This document shows, piece after piece, positions 27,951 through 41,808 of a DNA stretch of 64,000 bases. Where the stretch lies: assembly GCF_041956535.1 (NCBI RefSeq), contig NW_027192224.1, positions 165,136 through 229,135 of the forward strand, read 5' to 3'. Each line of letters begins with the position of its first letter. Positions within the stretch are counted from its first letter, which is position 1. This DNA comes from Calcarisporiella thermophila CBS 279.70 (taxonomy: Eukaryota; Fungi; Calcarisporiellomycota). The translations under genes and the position numbers were made by a program. Below the pieces are notes generated by a model that searched no databases, was not told where the DNA came from, and worked only from the letters and a program-made list of their open reading frames with translations.

Positions 27951-28510
27951 ATGAAGGAGACCCTTCGGAAGGAATCTCTTGAATCGGTCTGTGTCGATGT
28001 ACGAATATAGTTTGCCTGTCAGTCTACCAGAGTGGTCTAAAATGACGACAGTGTTTCACGCGCTATGGTTGCCGAGTATGGCTAGCGCTTTGTTTTCTCC
28101 CTTACGGGATTGATGGCGTACGATTTAGAGGTAGAATCCCTGTACGAGCCATGGAAGAATTGAATCTTCACGAACCTGGAATCAATGTTGCCGAGTGGCA
28201 CACGAATTACGAACTCCGATGTTTTACGGTAAATATTCAGGTTCACACTCGGAGAGAGCGCCTTTTACCCTAACTAGTCTCCTCTTTCCCTTAGGATATC
28301 TTTCGAGTAATTTACGAATTCTTTTGGAAGGACCACAGGATGTGGTGTATCACTAGAAGATTACTCACGAATCGACATGAAAATCGAATGCATGTTTCAA
28401 CCAGACGGGTGTTGGACTGCAACCTAGGAATCTTGGGCAGAGTTGCTTTCAAGAGTTTATCGACCAGCATGTATCTAACCAAAGGAAGGATAAGGATAAT
28501 GCTGCTGTAA
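27951..28510 (+). CDS. Possible small spliced orphan gene (~146 aa)
   Basis: TATAAAA near 27720, then three pieces that join in phase through GT..AG introns (MKETLRKESLESVCVD|CFTRYG..ELRCFT|DIFRVIYEFFW..MLL*). No recognisable domain. Confidence 0.3.
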
Positions 28511-29166
28511 AAGATCGCAATGTTTGCGAATCACTATATCTTTGTACGGATCGGGCACATCTTGGATAGAAGAGATCACGAGAACGTCTTCTTCGGTGAT
28601 GGCTGATCGAACTCATAAGAATGAGGGATTGTGCTGCGGAAATGAATCGTCCTATGGCGTCGAAACGGGAAATTTAAAGAAAAAAAAAACAAAAAAAAAT
28701 AGCTTTAGGTGGACTTGCTGTTGGCGGTTTTGGCTTTTGGCCCTCCCTTAACAGGGATGTGTTGCCGGTCATTGCCCCAATGGTGGGTTTGCTCTTTTTC
28801 CGAGTAAGTACCTTTTTATTGTTTTATATACTCTGGGAAAGAGAGAGGAGATCTGGCTGAAGACCCAAGGTCGTTGTTTGGATGAGGTAAGATATATTCC
28901 ATTCAATTCTTATTTGATTGTGCTACGCCCTCTATATCCTTTAACTAGAATTGCGGCATTGGGTGGCGTCCTTGTCTTTTTGTACTCTTTGTTGGAAATA
29001 AATTTATTGTCACTTCAATTTCATCTCACTTACAAACAAATCTATTCGAGAGAACCAAACAGTTTATTTTTTTTTTCATGCCTTGTAAAGACAATGATGT
29101 TAAGGATAATATTGCGAATATGCTACAGTAGAGGCAACCGAAAAACAAAGATATATAAAGCTTGGC

Positions 29167-30250
29167 CTATGCCTTCTTCGGCTTCCCCTCAAATCTCAAC
29201 GGGGTTTGAATCGAAGCCAGCGCCGTGATAGCCACCCCCAGAATCACAAGAAGTAACAACAAAATGAAGATAATTAGAATCATGTCGGGTGAGAAGAAGG
29301 TGTACTTTTGGAAGAGCCCATCGCCTGTGGAATTTCCTGGGGTTTGCTGCTGGAACAGGAGCTGTCGTGCCGTCGGCTATACAAATATAAAAAAGCGACC
29401 AAATTATGTTAATAAGCGTGGTTGGTCACCAGTGCGCTGTGATTTCATACCGTGTTTTCAGGATGCGAGGACGAGAGCATAACAACATAGTCGTCTTGGA
29501 CTCGCTCACGGATCATACCAATCCAGTCGCTAACAGCCTGCTCTGTTGGCGTTTTTCCAATACTTGTTAGCAAATAGCACCGTGTCTCTATCAGATCAAG
29601 GCCTACTAACCATTGTTAGCCAAAGATTCTTTGCGGTTCTCCTTGGCCAAGGCAGGGAGAGGGAAAAAGACAAGCTGTGCGTTATCGGATGGAGGGAAGG
29701 CAACCAATCTATGTTCTGTGAACAAAGTAACATTCAATATCGAGCAATTCAAGGAGCGATGCTCTACGCGTTACCTCCTATAGTCACGATTTCAGGATTA
29801 CATTGCTTCACAATCATATCCTTCAATTTAGCCATGTCTACTCCACCCATCACGTATGGAATTTCCACCTTTGTCTTCGCGTTCTTCACATCATTGCTTA
29901 GAGGTCCTGAGTTCGAAGACGCGAGATCGGAGGCATGGAGCCCTACTTGATCTGCCAGAAGCACGGTCTTAGAAGCACATGCAGCATCAATAAATGACTT
30001 TTGTGTAGCTTGAAATTGTTGTGAGGTCAAGGCCGATTGTGCCGCGAGGCTAGCCACATTGGGGAACCTTGACAAGGAAAATTAACACGAGATGAGTTGA
30101 GGAAAATCTGAGAAACACATCGCATCGATGCAATGCAATGACTCAATTTTACTCTTTAGGAGACCACATCAGAAACGGTGCTGTACCCTCAAAGGCAAGC
30201 GTCCCCGCCAAAAACGAGGCAGCGGCAAAGAATGTTGCAAGCTTGTACAT
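29167..30250 (-). CDS. Voa1/Big1/Ac45-like ER membrane protein (V-ATPase assembly type), multi-exon
   Basis: Signal peptide plus APFLMWS start; C-terminal LFQKYTFFSPDMI-TM-ALASIQTPLRFE..KPKKA*, a basic ER-retrieval-like tail. Confidence 0.72.
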
Positions 30251-30544
30251 TATTTTACGTTATTCGAGTTGAACCAGCACTGGTGTCTCCGGCGAGGAAG
30301 ATAAAGAGTGGTCGACGTCATCAATTTTTGATTAATAAATTTATTAAAGTCAGCTAAAGTCAAGATTTCGACGCGAAGAAAATCAGCTTGATAAAAGAAG
30401 GGTAGAGACATTATATTGTTCACTTTCGAAAATCCAAGTGAGGGAAAAAAAAAAGAAGAAAACAATCGTTCGTAAAAGGGTAAAGACAACACAGTATTCA
30501 GAAGGATAGCAAAGGAAATTATAGTACAAAAATATAGCAAGACT

Positions 30545-33500
30545 TCATATGAACACTCCAAACCCATTCCATTCCTGGCCAGAAGACGCTCTCGAAAAAT
30601 GGTGCTGATATTTCTGAGGCTGCTCTCCGCCATATGTCGTCGGGAAATGGGAGGGTGGAGAAGAGGCATGATGAGTAAGAAACGGCAGAGTTTGAGTAAT
30701 ATCACCCTTATTCGGGGCCAGTCTTTGGAATACTGATGCGTCCATGGTAGCGTTTTCGGAGTCAATGGCGGCGGGGGTATTCCAGAGAGGATCGGGGGGA
30801 TCATCGTCCAACAGCCCCAGCGAGCTCACACAATCCGCGACAACATCGCTAGCAGTAGATACGGCGCAAGGGTATTTTAATCCGGGGTATGTGTATCCTT
30901 CCTCTAGGGTAGTAGTGTTGCCGAGGTGCGAGGAAATATTGACTCTCCGTGCGGCGTCCCTATCCAACTCTCTCTCATATCCAGGGGGAATGTTTGCAGC
31001 TTCTTCCAACACATTTTCGAGGAAGTGATAGCTCCTTTCGGGAACCGGCCCGGTTTCCGCCTCAAATTTCACTCCAACTCCATCGTCTACTCTGTATCTA
31101 CCTGCGAGAGGATCGGTCGCCGGAGTAGTTCTTGCTATGGAGGAAGTGGGAGTAAGAGGACATGAGAATGGGGAGAAAAGCGGCTGGAAATCTCGTGTGG
31201 GGATCGAAGAGGCAATAGCCGGCGGCGAAAACAGAGGAGATCTGAGATGGATCGAAGTGGGGGAATAGGCGGAGGGTGGCAGAGTCTGGGCCGCTGGATG
31301 GATGGGTGGGTCATTTTGCGTCCGAGGCGACCCGACTGCGCCAAATATGGTACCAGGGATGAGTCGAGGGTGAAGAGGGGAGGAATGGGTGGCGGGGAGA
31401 GCACCTACGGGTACGCTGACGCTCTGGGACGAGTGAGGATTGAAATTGGAGCTGACGGGTGGTTGGAGTTCTTGATGATTCTGCAAAACGGGCCAATGTG
31501 TAAAATTGGGCTCTTGTAGGGTTGGGCGCGGAGGGACATTAGAGGTAGGAGGGTACGGAACACCCGTGGCACCTTGGCTGCCGTTGTGCAAGAATTCTTG
31601 GGGTATATAGGGAGGTGATTGTACTGTACCATCCGGTGACCGGCCAGTGAGTAGTGAGGGGGATAATGCCTCTATTGGTAAGGGTTTATCCGAGCTTGAG
31701 GCAGGCAAATGATTCAAGGTTCCAGGCTGACCTAGAGTAGAGGATAAGGTAGGGTTTGAAGAAAGCTGTTCGGCATATTTGGCGGGCAGATTGCAGTTTG
31801 ACTGCTTTAGATCGGGCAACGAACTTGGCGCCGTCTCCTCGATCATAGAAGATTTCTCCTCGGTGGTCGTCTCCTCCGCTTGTTCAGGCTCAGGAACGGA
31901 GCCGGTGAGAAGCAACTCTAGCGCCCCTTCCAGAGATCCCTTTGCAATGCTCAGGGCAACACTAGCATGTTTCTCTGAATAGCCCATTTCGAGCAACTTC
32001 GCCATCGATACGGGACAATGTCGCGCAATCGGTTCCAACGGAGATGCATTCTGTGGGGAAAGTCTTCGACCAGCCACCGTAGATGCAACTCTTGCCTCCT
32101 CGTTGTTGAGTGGAAGCGAAGCTGCTGGGGGGGCTGGAACTTGTCGGCAAACGCTGGGGTCAGAATGTAGGGATGGTGTGGTGGTGGTGGTGGTGGTGGT
32201 GGTGGTGGTGGTAGATTTTTGAGCCTCATTCGAGGGTGAACTGTCTGCATCCTCCGTCTCTTTTCCTTTAGCTTTCTTTTTCTTCTTCTTCTTGGATCCT
32301 GTCGGTTTCTCTCCTCCGCCGCTCCCATGGCCTGCTTTACCTCCACTCGATCGATTTCCCCCGGTTTTCTCCATCAACAGTCGTCTAATCTCATTTTCTT
32401 CTTCCTCTTGTTTGCGCCTTAGGGCGGCAAGTTTCTCCTCCTGTTTCTTCATGATGGCTGCATCCCTTTCCTTCTCCTCTCTCTCCTTCTCTTCCTCGAT
32501 TCTACGGGCCTCTTCCATTTGCGCCTCCCGTTTTAGCTGAGCCTCGCGGGCCATTTCCGCAGCTCGCTGTAAATGCTGCAGTACGCGCCGGTATTTCTCA
32601 GAGTCCTTCTCGCTATGCTTCAATGTTGATTTTCTTTCCGATTCCTCCTCTTTGGATTTGCATAATCTCTCCTTAGCCAGTGTTTGCGGAGTGTTTCCTC
32701 GTAAATCCGGAATATTGAATCGTGCATGATATTGGGTGATCAAGGTGTCTACCAACTCTGGATTTCCCGCCTCGGCGGCGAAGTGGAGGGCAGTTCGGCC
32801 TGTATCGATGGCAATCACGTCAACATAATGCGGAGCGGCATCGAGAAGGAGTTTACAAAGAGAAAGAGGGCAGGTGATCTGCGCGCTAATATGGAGTGCA
32901 GTACAACCATTCCGGTCCACCCCATCCAATGGAGCACCTGTTGTGGAGATATATTCGATTCGAGTTAGTATGAAAAAACAGATGAGGCCTAAGCTGATAG
33001 GCTATAGCATATACCCAGTCCAACTAGATACCCCACTAAATCTTCGCTTCCACTTCGCACTGCTGCATGGAGCAGTGTTTCCTGCCGTCCCCGCTCTTCA
33101 CTCACTGGCCCCCCATTTTCAGACTGTGTCATGTACTCCCACCCAGTCAAACTCACAGCAGCAGCCGTGGCTGGTCTGCGGATGCGATCGCCACTGGGCG
33201 TCACGATGTCCTCTCCTGGCTCCAATCTATACTCCTCCCCAGGCTTAAGTTTCATCGCTGCTTCTATAATGACTTTTACAAGCGAGGTATTTCCGGATAT
33301 AGCACAGTCAAAAAGTAAGGATCTTGTGCATTGATCGGCTTCGTCTATGGATTTGGAATTTCAACCCAAATGTGTAAGGTTAAAAAAATAACAAATCTCT
33401 CCAAATTAAGCAAGGGAAATTACGAGCAAGTCTGCGTTTCCGATGCAATTCCTCTAGCTCTTCTCGTTTTCTTCGCTCCACTTCCTCTCGTTCTCGTCGA

Positions 33501-34756
33501 AGCTCCTCCTCCTCCCGTAATTTTTTTAGTCGCTCTTGTTTTTCTAATTAAACCGAATCAATATGAGGCTATTAGATAATCTGAAAAAAAATTAAAAAAG
33601 TTTAATTTTGTCCTCACCCCTTTCTTCCCTCACCCGCCTTCTTTCCAATTCTCTAAGCTCTTTCAGCTTTGCACGGATTAGCTTGCTCTCAAGGCGTGCT
33701 TTCCATTCTCGCTCTAGTAGTCGACTCTCCTCCTCGCCTATGTCTCCGAAAAATGTGCAACTATCCTGTAGGAATCAAAAGAGCTTGAGACTTTATACCC
33801 TCCCAACACAGGAGCACAACCTAGAAGGTACCTCTCGAAAGTCCTCCTCATCACTGTAATCAGGCTCCTCGTCTTTCTCCTCATCATAGGCATCTTCCTC
33901 ATCGACATAGAGCGAATTTGAATCGTCCATTGGATTATGCTCGTCATGCCATCCTTCGCAGGTGTCGCAGTAAAACCCACTCTCATTTACACTGGTTACG
34001 GGGGGATTATGGCTATTGGACGGATCTCTTCTCTTTTCATCCATGGCAAATGTAAAATGTTCTAACCGGCTTTTGTCCGAATCTCGTAGAGGAATATGCG
34101 CGCACCGAGCAGCTATTTCTTGAAGTTTTGGGTGGAGACCAGCTGAAAAGAGAAACGGAAAAAGAGGCCAAATAAATAAACACCAAGAATGTTGACGAAA
34201 GAAAGGATAAGAAAAAAAAAAGAGCTAAAAACCTTTGCGGACGGAAAGCTTGAATAGACGCATGAAAAACTCTGCAATTTCTGTATCGTCTTCTAAGTTC
34301 TTTTCGAGTGGTAATTCGATTTCGCCGAGCACTGTTCGCTTACGGTGTGCCATAATGTATGTATATGCCATGCCAAATCTCTGCAAAACCGAATGAAAAC
34401 GATTTACCGTGAGTAAATTCAAGTTGCAAAATAGCAGAGACGCAGCGGGTGAATGGAGGCCAATGTGGGCCACTAACTGAACTCATCATGAAAAAAAAGG
34501 AACAAGATAGTGCCTATACCTGTAGGTGGTATCTAATAGCGTCGTCATCAACAGAACCCCGCTCTGCTTGAAGCTGCTCAGAAGAAGAGAGGAGAATGTG
34601 AATATTCGAGCTGTCTCATTTGGCTCTACACGGCACCTTGCTCCATTTTACCTTCAAAACCAGACGGCGGTAGGCGGCTTGCACTGCTTCGTCAGGGTCG
34701 CCCTCTTGCACTCTTAATATCTCATGGGCCTCTCTAAGAGAACCTACTGCCGGCAT
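30545..34756 (-). CDS. J-like domain (no HPD) + coiled coil + ankyrin repeats + UBA domain protein, multi-exon
   Basis: Exon 1 AHEILRVQEGDPDEAVQAAYRRLVLK. Ankyrin repeats ETLLHAAV, GCTALHISA, GRTALHFAAEAGN. UBA LLEMGYSEKHASVALSIAKGSLEGALELLL. Confidence 0.8.
32179..32212. repeat. (TGG)n microsatellite encoding poly-Thr
   Basis: About 11 TGG units, read directly. Confidence 0.9.
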
Positions 34757-35613
34757 CGTCAATTTTTAAATTTGGGTACAGTGGAATAGGAGATAAAATT
34801 AAAAAAATAATGCAAGTTGTTTCATTATTCTAGTTTGTGAACGTCATCAGCTAAGCCACGTTCTCTCTTAAGGAAAATGGTGCTGTCGATACCGATTTAG
34901 CAAATATCCTGAATTTTCCCCTTTCCGCCGGGCCCGCGAAAGGAGGGAAACAGGAAGGGGAAAACTAGGGGGGCGCTGGGCCTGCTTGCTTGCAGGCTTC
35001 CGCTATTATGAGGTTGTTTGCGCGAAAAACCCTGCGGTTGGCTGTTCGCCGCTCTCGCGCAAATGCGAGTTCACACGTTTTCCGGAAAGAGCAGTCTCGG
35101 GCATGGCCGCTTCAAGGGAACAGTTGTGCGAGTTAGAACTGGGGGCAAAGCCGCACCGATTTGTTTATTTTCTGGGGCTTGTGCGCGCGGCACCACACTC
35201 TCAGCGCAGCGGCCGGAGTGCAAGGCCTATTTCGTCTGGAACAGGAGCAGTAACGGCCGAACTCGAAAAAAAAATTCCGAACACTAAATTCGCCAGTGGT
35301 TTGCCTTCGCTTCTTCGACGCGATAGATTTAATTTTTCTGTGCTAAACAGTTTTATTCGGTTCAATCCTTAGCGAGCTGTTTTGCTTTGACATAATGATC
35401 AAGACGGCGATGCCATTTTCGCTGTGCATTTCTCACCCGAATTCCTATTAAGCCGTGTCTTCTTATTCTACTGCCATTAACCTTCTTTGCTCCATTTCGT
35501 CTTATTGTGATCGACCCCCTTTTCGAACCATCATTAATATCTGAATTATCCTCACCTCAATCAATCTACGTGCATCTTTCCCCTCTCTTCTACCCTGTTT
35601 CCCCTTTGCTCTT

Positions 35614-37249
35614 ATGGAAAAAGTCATGTCATTGCCTTCCAAATCCTCCTCACGCTCTTCCCAAGATTCCCCTTCTCCGCGTCGCCGGTTGGTACACTCT
35701 ATTGGCGGCCGATCTCATCGATCTATTGCTGAAACATTAGATGAGGCTGCGGCTACTCATGAAGCTTCTCCAGCGAACCGGCCGGGCTCCCCTTCAAGGT
35801 ACACAGTCTCTAGACAGAGGCGCAATGTTCCTTCATATTTGGGCTCTAACTAGAAAGATCATATTAGAGGAATTCCTTTATCGCTGCGCGAGTTGAAGGG
35901 CTTCGAGTCCATTCCTTACGAAGTGACCACTCCAGGAGAGAAGCCAATCGTTCGGACGGTGGGAAGTCGGCCATCAAGGTTAGATTTCATTGGAAATATT
36001 GAAAAAAATATAATCTTGCATTTGAGCCTTTTTTTTTGGACCATAGTCCGTTGCCCTACTCGCCATCTCAAGAGCAGTCTAGTATATATTCTAACCATGA
36101 CCCATCTTCTCCCACGCGCACTTCGCGCAGTACCCTGAGCCTTGATAAATCCTCCGTGCAAGATCGAGAAGACAGCCTTGAACAATACGCATCGAAACTC
36201 CAGTCCGACCTCGAGGCAAAGCGCGCTGAATCGGATGAGTGGAGGCGGAAATACTATGCATTGGTGAAAGAGCGCAATAAAGAGACCTCGGAATTGAAGA
36301 AGAAGTGCCAAGATGTGGAGGCCTCCTTTAATACCGAAAAGGAAATCATGCGCCAGGTGTATTTGAAAAACTGTGAGGAGGCTGGAGAGGCTCTGAAGCA
36401 GCTCCGCTTGACCAACCAGGCGCTAAGGCTACAACTCAAAAGCCTGGGAGTAGAGCCCGGTAAGCATGCGCCTATCTTGTTGCTCGACCATTGAGATGCA
36501 CTCATATCTATTGCACCTGCCATAGCCACGTCGATTCCCCTTGGTCTTGAGAAGCTTGACATTGAGACTACCGACAGCGACTCCAAGTTCATAGAAGATC
36601 AATACAGACTTGCCATACGGAAATGGCAACTTCATAATGAGGAAAGCGATCAATATATGCTGAGTATCACGGTAGGTATCCAGTACGCCACTGGACTAGA
36701 TCTCTCTCTGAACCCCCAATGTTTTTGTCATAGGGCACGCTCAAGAGCCTCCATCAAGAGCTCAAGAAGCTTCAGCCCTACGTCGCTCAAGGAGATGAGC
36801 AGCGTCGTTGGTTGGACACATCAGAGCTGATGGAGTCGCCACGCGAACAGCCCAATGGCTTTGTGAAGTCGCGCCATAAACACCGCCCTGAAAAACCGAG
36901 TACAGATCCAGTGCAGACCCACGGTGCTCCAAAGTCCACCAAAACTCGGAAATCGCGCTCGCACTCATCCACTTCCGTGGTATCACTCTACTCTTCGACG
37001 AGTACCTGCTGTTCATCCACCCCGCCAGCCTCACCTCTTTTCCCGATTGCCTCGTCGACTATTCCCTCTACAGGAGCTAATCCAGCGCTTTCCCCTCGAT
37101 CCGTGGAGCCGAAAGCCAGTAGTGTAAATGGACTGGCTGAGCTCGGTAAAAGAATGCGGGGAGTTGTAGGAGAATTGAAGGGGAAACAAGCCTCACAGAG
37201 ACCGCCCAGGTGGCGGAGATCAGGACGAGGTGGAGAAGAAGCACCCTAA
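35614..37249 (+). CDS. Hypothetical Ser-rich / coiled-coil protein, multi-exon
   Basis: Consecutive ORF segments flanked by GT-AG sites; heptad segment LEQYASKLQSDLE..LRLTNQALRLQLKSLG. Confidence 0.6.
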
Positions 37250-37602
37250 TCCTTCGTTTTTTCTTCTTTTTTAATACTGATAACTCTCTATTTTATATAT
37301 ATTTTCTTTTTATATATATACATACATATATATATACAACATGTGAGATTATAGCCATTTTTTATAATGCTTTGATATTCGTGTATTTTTCATGTTTGAT
37401 TCTATTGAGAACACTCGTTTCCTTTGTTTATTTGATTGTCTCTTTTTTTTCCAGGCCTGTTCTAATGTGGGGAAATGAAAGAAATTTTTACTTTTGGATC
37501 TCTTGTCCAAGACCAAATATGGTGTATTTGTTTTCAATGTGACTGTTTCCAGTGGTCTCCTACAAGGCTAGCCGCTTCCTTCGGTCTACGTCCGTATAGT
37601 TC

Positions 37603-40203
37603 ATGATGGAAGAACCTATAGATGAATCGGCATCGCCTGTGCCCACACGTTTAGCGAGCGACACTCCTCCCAATCTTCTCTCTGTTTCCCAATCTCATGA
37701 CTCTGACGATACACCCACCGATGACAGCGGAAATAAACGGCCCTACGAGCATGGCCATGAGCTCTCACCCGAGAAGATCGAAACGAAGAAGCGAAAGAAG
37801 AACAAGAAAAAAGCCCATGAGGTAGGCACCGCCTCTTTGACATCAAGTATATGGTTCGTATTTTGTAACTATGGAATTACAGAGCAATTACCCGGAGTTT
37901 CTCTTCAATTTGCATGGATTCAAAATGGGCGGCAATATCAACATTCATGATATCCGTGACTTAGTACTCTGGTGTCTGGCCGATGGTGTGAATACCCCCT
38001 GGATGCTGGTTAAGGTAATTGAGATGATTCATTTGCTTTTATTTCGGTTTCACATTACTTCAGCGCCTAACCGATCTCCTTGCTCACCAGAACAAGTCAT
38101 TCATTAAGAAATTGGTGGTCCTCCACATCCCAGGTCTAGAATTCAGTCATTTTTCCATTTCACACGAACAAAACTCCCATCGCCACCCCCTTCCCATGCC
38201 CACTGCATCCAATATTCCTCATTTCAGTAGCATTTTCAAGCACGTGTTACCGACCAAAGTCCCCAGCGATAGGCACCGTCCTCTTTCGGCCCTCCAAAGC
38301 TTTTTAATGTGTCCCATCCCAAAGTCGGAAAAGCGTCGGAAACGAGCCCAAAAAGCCTGGCGTGAGTAGACATTTCCCTATATTAATAGAGCTCCTCTTT
38401 TGAAGCATCTCGTCTCTTGTGATAGTGGAGAAGTCGCCGGCAACGCGCTCTCCCAATTTCTATGTCATGACACGCGAGGAGCTAGTGGAGCACGAATACC
38501 CGCTCCCCTCCTGCTGGTCAAGCGACGGCAAGCTTCCTGGAGAGGACTGGGTGGAGACGCGGGTCACCTCACCGGATCTTGGAAAGCCAAAGCATCTGAT
38601 GGCAATTGATTGTGAGATGGTTGGCATCGATGTATATTGGCTGATCTGTGGCTTTGTCTGACTCATTTTGTTATTTAAAAGTGTAGAACTTCCGAGGGTT
38701 TGGAGCTGACCCGAGTTACCCTTTTGAACGAGGCGGGCATCCTCTACGATCAGCTGGTTAAACCCGAGCGTCCCATTCTCGACTATTTGACCAAGTAAGT
38801 AGGGGGGATGCTTTAGTGACACTCCAAGTTCCTTAAGTGATTAAGCCAACTTTTCTTCTCCTCCTCCTGCACCTCTATTCACACTCTAAGATACAGTGGC
38901 ATTACCGAGAAGGCGCTGCTCGAGGTCACCACCACCCTACAGGAAGTGCAATGCAAGCTGCAAGCCCTCATTGACGAGAACACGATCCTCATTGGACATA
39001 GCCTCGAGTGCGATCTGCGAGTGCTGAAATATGCGCATCCTTTTGTGATTGACACCTCGCTGATATACCACCACGTCCGAGGAATTCCATTTCGGCCCAG
39101 TCTCAAGTTTCTTGCGCAGAAGTGGCTCGATCGCTCGATTCAGCAGCATACATCCGGGCATGACTCGGCAGAGGACGCACGTGCCTGTTTAGACTTGGTG
39201 CAGTTGAAGCTGAAGAAAGGCCCGTCCTTCGGGGAGTTTGCCTCGGAGCAGGAAACGCTTTTCGAACGACTTGAGAGGTGCAGCAGTACCCGCATTGCGG
39301 TGGTCGATCGCAAAGATAGCATGGCGGTGCGGTGTGCAGGCACCCATGTACGGAGGATTTTGGAGTGCAGTTCGGACGAGGAGGCGACCACGGCCGTCAG
39401 TGCGGCGCTAGAGGACAGCGAGTTTGTGTGGGTGCGCTTTTGTGAACTCTGGGACGCCAAGACGGCGCGAGGTAAGGGACCTCTGAATCATCCCTCTCTT
39501 GAGACCGGAGGAAATGTTTCTTTTAGTGCTAATTCTCTTCTTTTCATTATCTCTTTAATAACTTATTTTGGCTATTCATATCTCAAGGAGCGGCGGAGAC
39601 AGACGAATCTTCGCTGAAGCCTCAAGGTTGGCATTTCTTTAGACTTCAGAGGGGCCCCGGGTTTGGCCTTTATTTATAGTCAAGGTTCCTTATTGACCAC
39701 AAGCTTTCATTGTAGAAGACGAGGTGACCCCTTCCCCCACATTGAACCTTAATCCTGAGGAAGAGAAGGAGGAGGAGGAAGAGGAGGACAAAGAGATGGA
39801 TAAAGAGGTGGTTCAGGCGGCGCTAGCGCTAACCGACGAGCGGATTGGGCGAGTGTACGCCATGCTGCCCAAGTGCAGTGCACTTATTGTGTTCGGCGGT
39901 ATGGGGGATACTGCCGAGATGCTGAGGTAATCATCCTAAGGCACAAAGTGGCTCGAGGGATCGTGCTTCATTCTTTTGAAACTCTATCTCCGTTACAAGC
40001 GTCGAATCTTGGAGCTAAGCTCTGATCTTGCTCTTGTGCATTTTAGGTTAAAAGCCAAAAAGAGCGCCTACCAGCGGCTGTACGCGTCCACCCCCCTAAG
40101 CCAGATACCCCATGAGCAGCTATGGGGACCGGAGGAGGAGCAGAGACTGGAGGCAGCGGTTAAGAGGGCCAGGATGGGAGTGAGTCTTTACAGTGTAAAA
40201 TAA
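37603..40203 (+). CDS. REX1: DEDDh RNA exonuclease (Rex1/Rnh70/REXO1 family), multi-exon
   Basis: AIDCEM, YSGIT, LIGHSLECDL, VIDTS, SLKFLAQKWL..IQ..GHDSAEDA. Confidence 0.9.
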
Positions 40204-41808
40204 TAAATATCATCCTTCCATGCATCAGCCCTCGGATTGAAGAGTGAGTGCAAAGCCTTTGCTTAATACAATGCGAACATCTTGTTGATGAGGGAAAGAA
40301 ATTAAGAGGGCCCCCGAGTGTAGACCCATTGAAACTAAAAAGCATATCCTACAACAAATGATCCGCTATGGGATTGCGCGTCGTCGCGGCCCTGGCCTCC
40401 GAGTATTATTTCTTCCGATTCGAAAATGCCTCACGCCCAGATGCTCTAGATCGAGAGTTTAAGAGTGAGATGCCCCGGAGGCCAATTGAGCCCCTCGAAG
40501 GGAGTCATGGCTAGACCCGGCTGCATCGAGGGATCCTGCGCTTGTGCTTGCGGCTGGAAAGGCGCCGATTCGAAAGATGTGCACGGTATATCCCACCGTT
40601 CCGAGTGTATTTAGGCTTATTTGGGCCTCTCGTTGTTTTCGATCCTCTGGAAACGCCGGTGCTCGGGTGACCCGCACAGCTGGGAAGGTGCTCTAGAGAA
40701 AACCGGGCGGGCCCCTCTTGCTTGGTTGCTGCAAAGGCAATCTGGACATATTCTGCGTAGATGGGCCGTCGAGCGTTGCATTCTCTTTAGATCAAGCCTC
40801 GCCGTAGATCCGGCCAATTCCATCGGCGGGATCGTGATCATGATCTTGACCAGGGCAATGCCCGCCAGGCCATGCGCTTTCCTTAAAGAATCCGCCAGGA
40901 ATTTTTCTTATTGCTATTTGCAACACCGGGGATCTTCGTCATTTTTGAAATCGGAGAGCCCAGACCGCGAGGGGACTGCTTGCACCATTTTTGTGCGGGT
41001 CGAGTTCTGCAAAGCAGGTTTGCTGCTCTGTTTCTTGGTCAGGTGAGTCCTGTGAGAATGGTGAACGCAGGTGGCCACCCATTGGCCGGATCAAAAATGA
41101 AGAAGAGAATCCATCTTCTTGTATTTCATTTTTCTCATATATTTTTTTCCTTTTCCTTCTTTTCAGCGACGCTTCATTAACTTTTGTGGAATAATCCTTC
41201 TATTCTTCACCCGTCTTTTTTTTTAGCTCCTTCTTCTCCTTTTTTCCTCCTTTTTCTTTTCCCTTATTTTTCTTCTTCCTCTTTTTTTCTTTTTCTCTGC
41301 CCCTAGTATATCTCCATCGGCCCACCCTTCCGCTAGCCCCTCAGCTCATAAATACCTGTTCTCGTCCAGAGAATACAAAATTCGGCTCCAGTTCTCATTG
41401 TCTTTATTCCTCTCCACCTTCTTCTTCTCTCTTTTCAACTCCCATCCAAAAAGCACCCCCAAAAAGCACTGCATGAAAATGGCACGCCTTGCCCACTAAT
41501 CGATACACTGCCCCCATTGCCCCTCTGCCCCTTTGCAATCACCTCTAGATTACAGAAAATCATGCTCATTTCTTTCCCCCTTATATATAATCTCTGCTAG
41601 CACACCACTAAAGCGTCGTTGATCGACAACCAGGCCAAAAAGAAAATACCATTCTATTTCTTTTTCCCTTACAGCTGTATCATATTTTATTATTCTTATA
41701 TATACATTTCTTGTCTTGAGGATAAGCTCTTTTTTTTTTCTCCCTCTATTTTATTATTTCATCTCATTCCATACTTTTCAGTTCGCCCAAAATCACAATC
41801 TGCTCATC

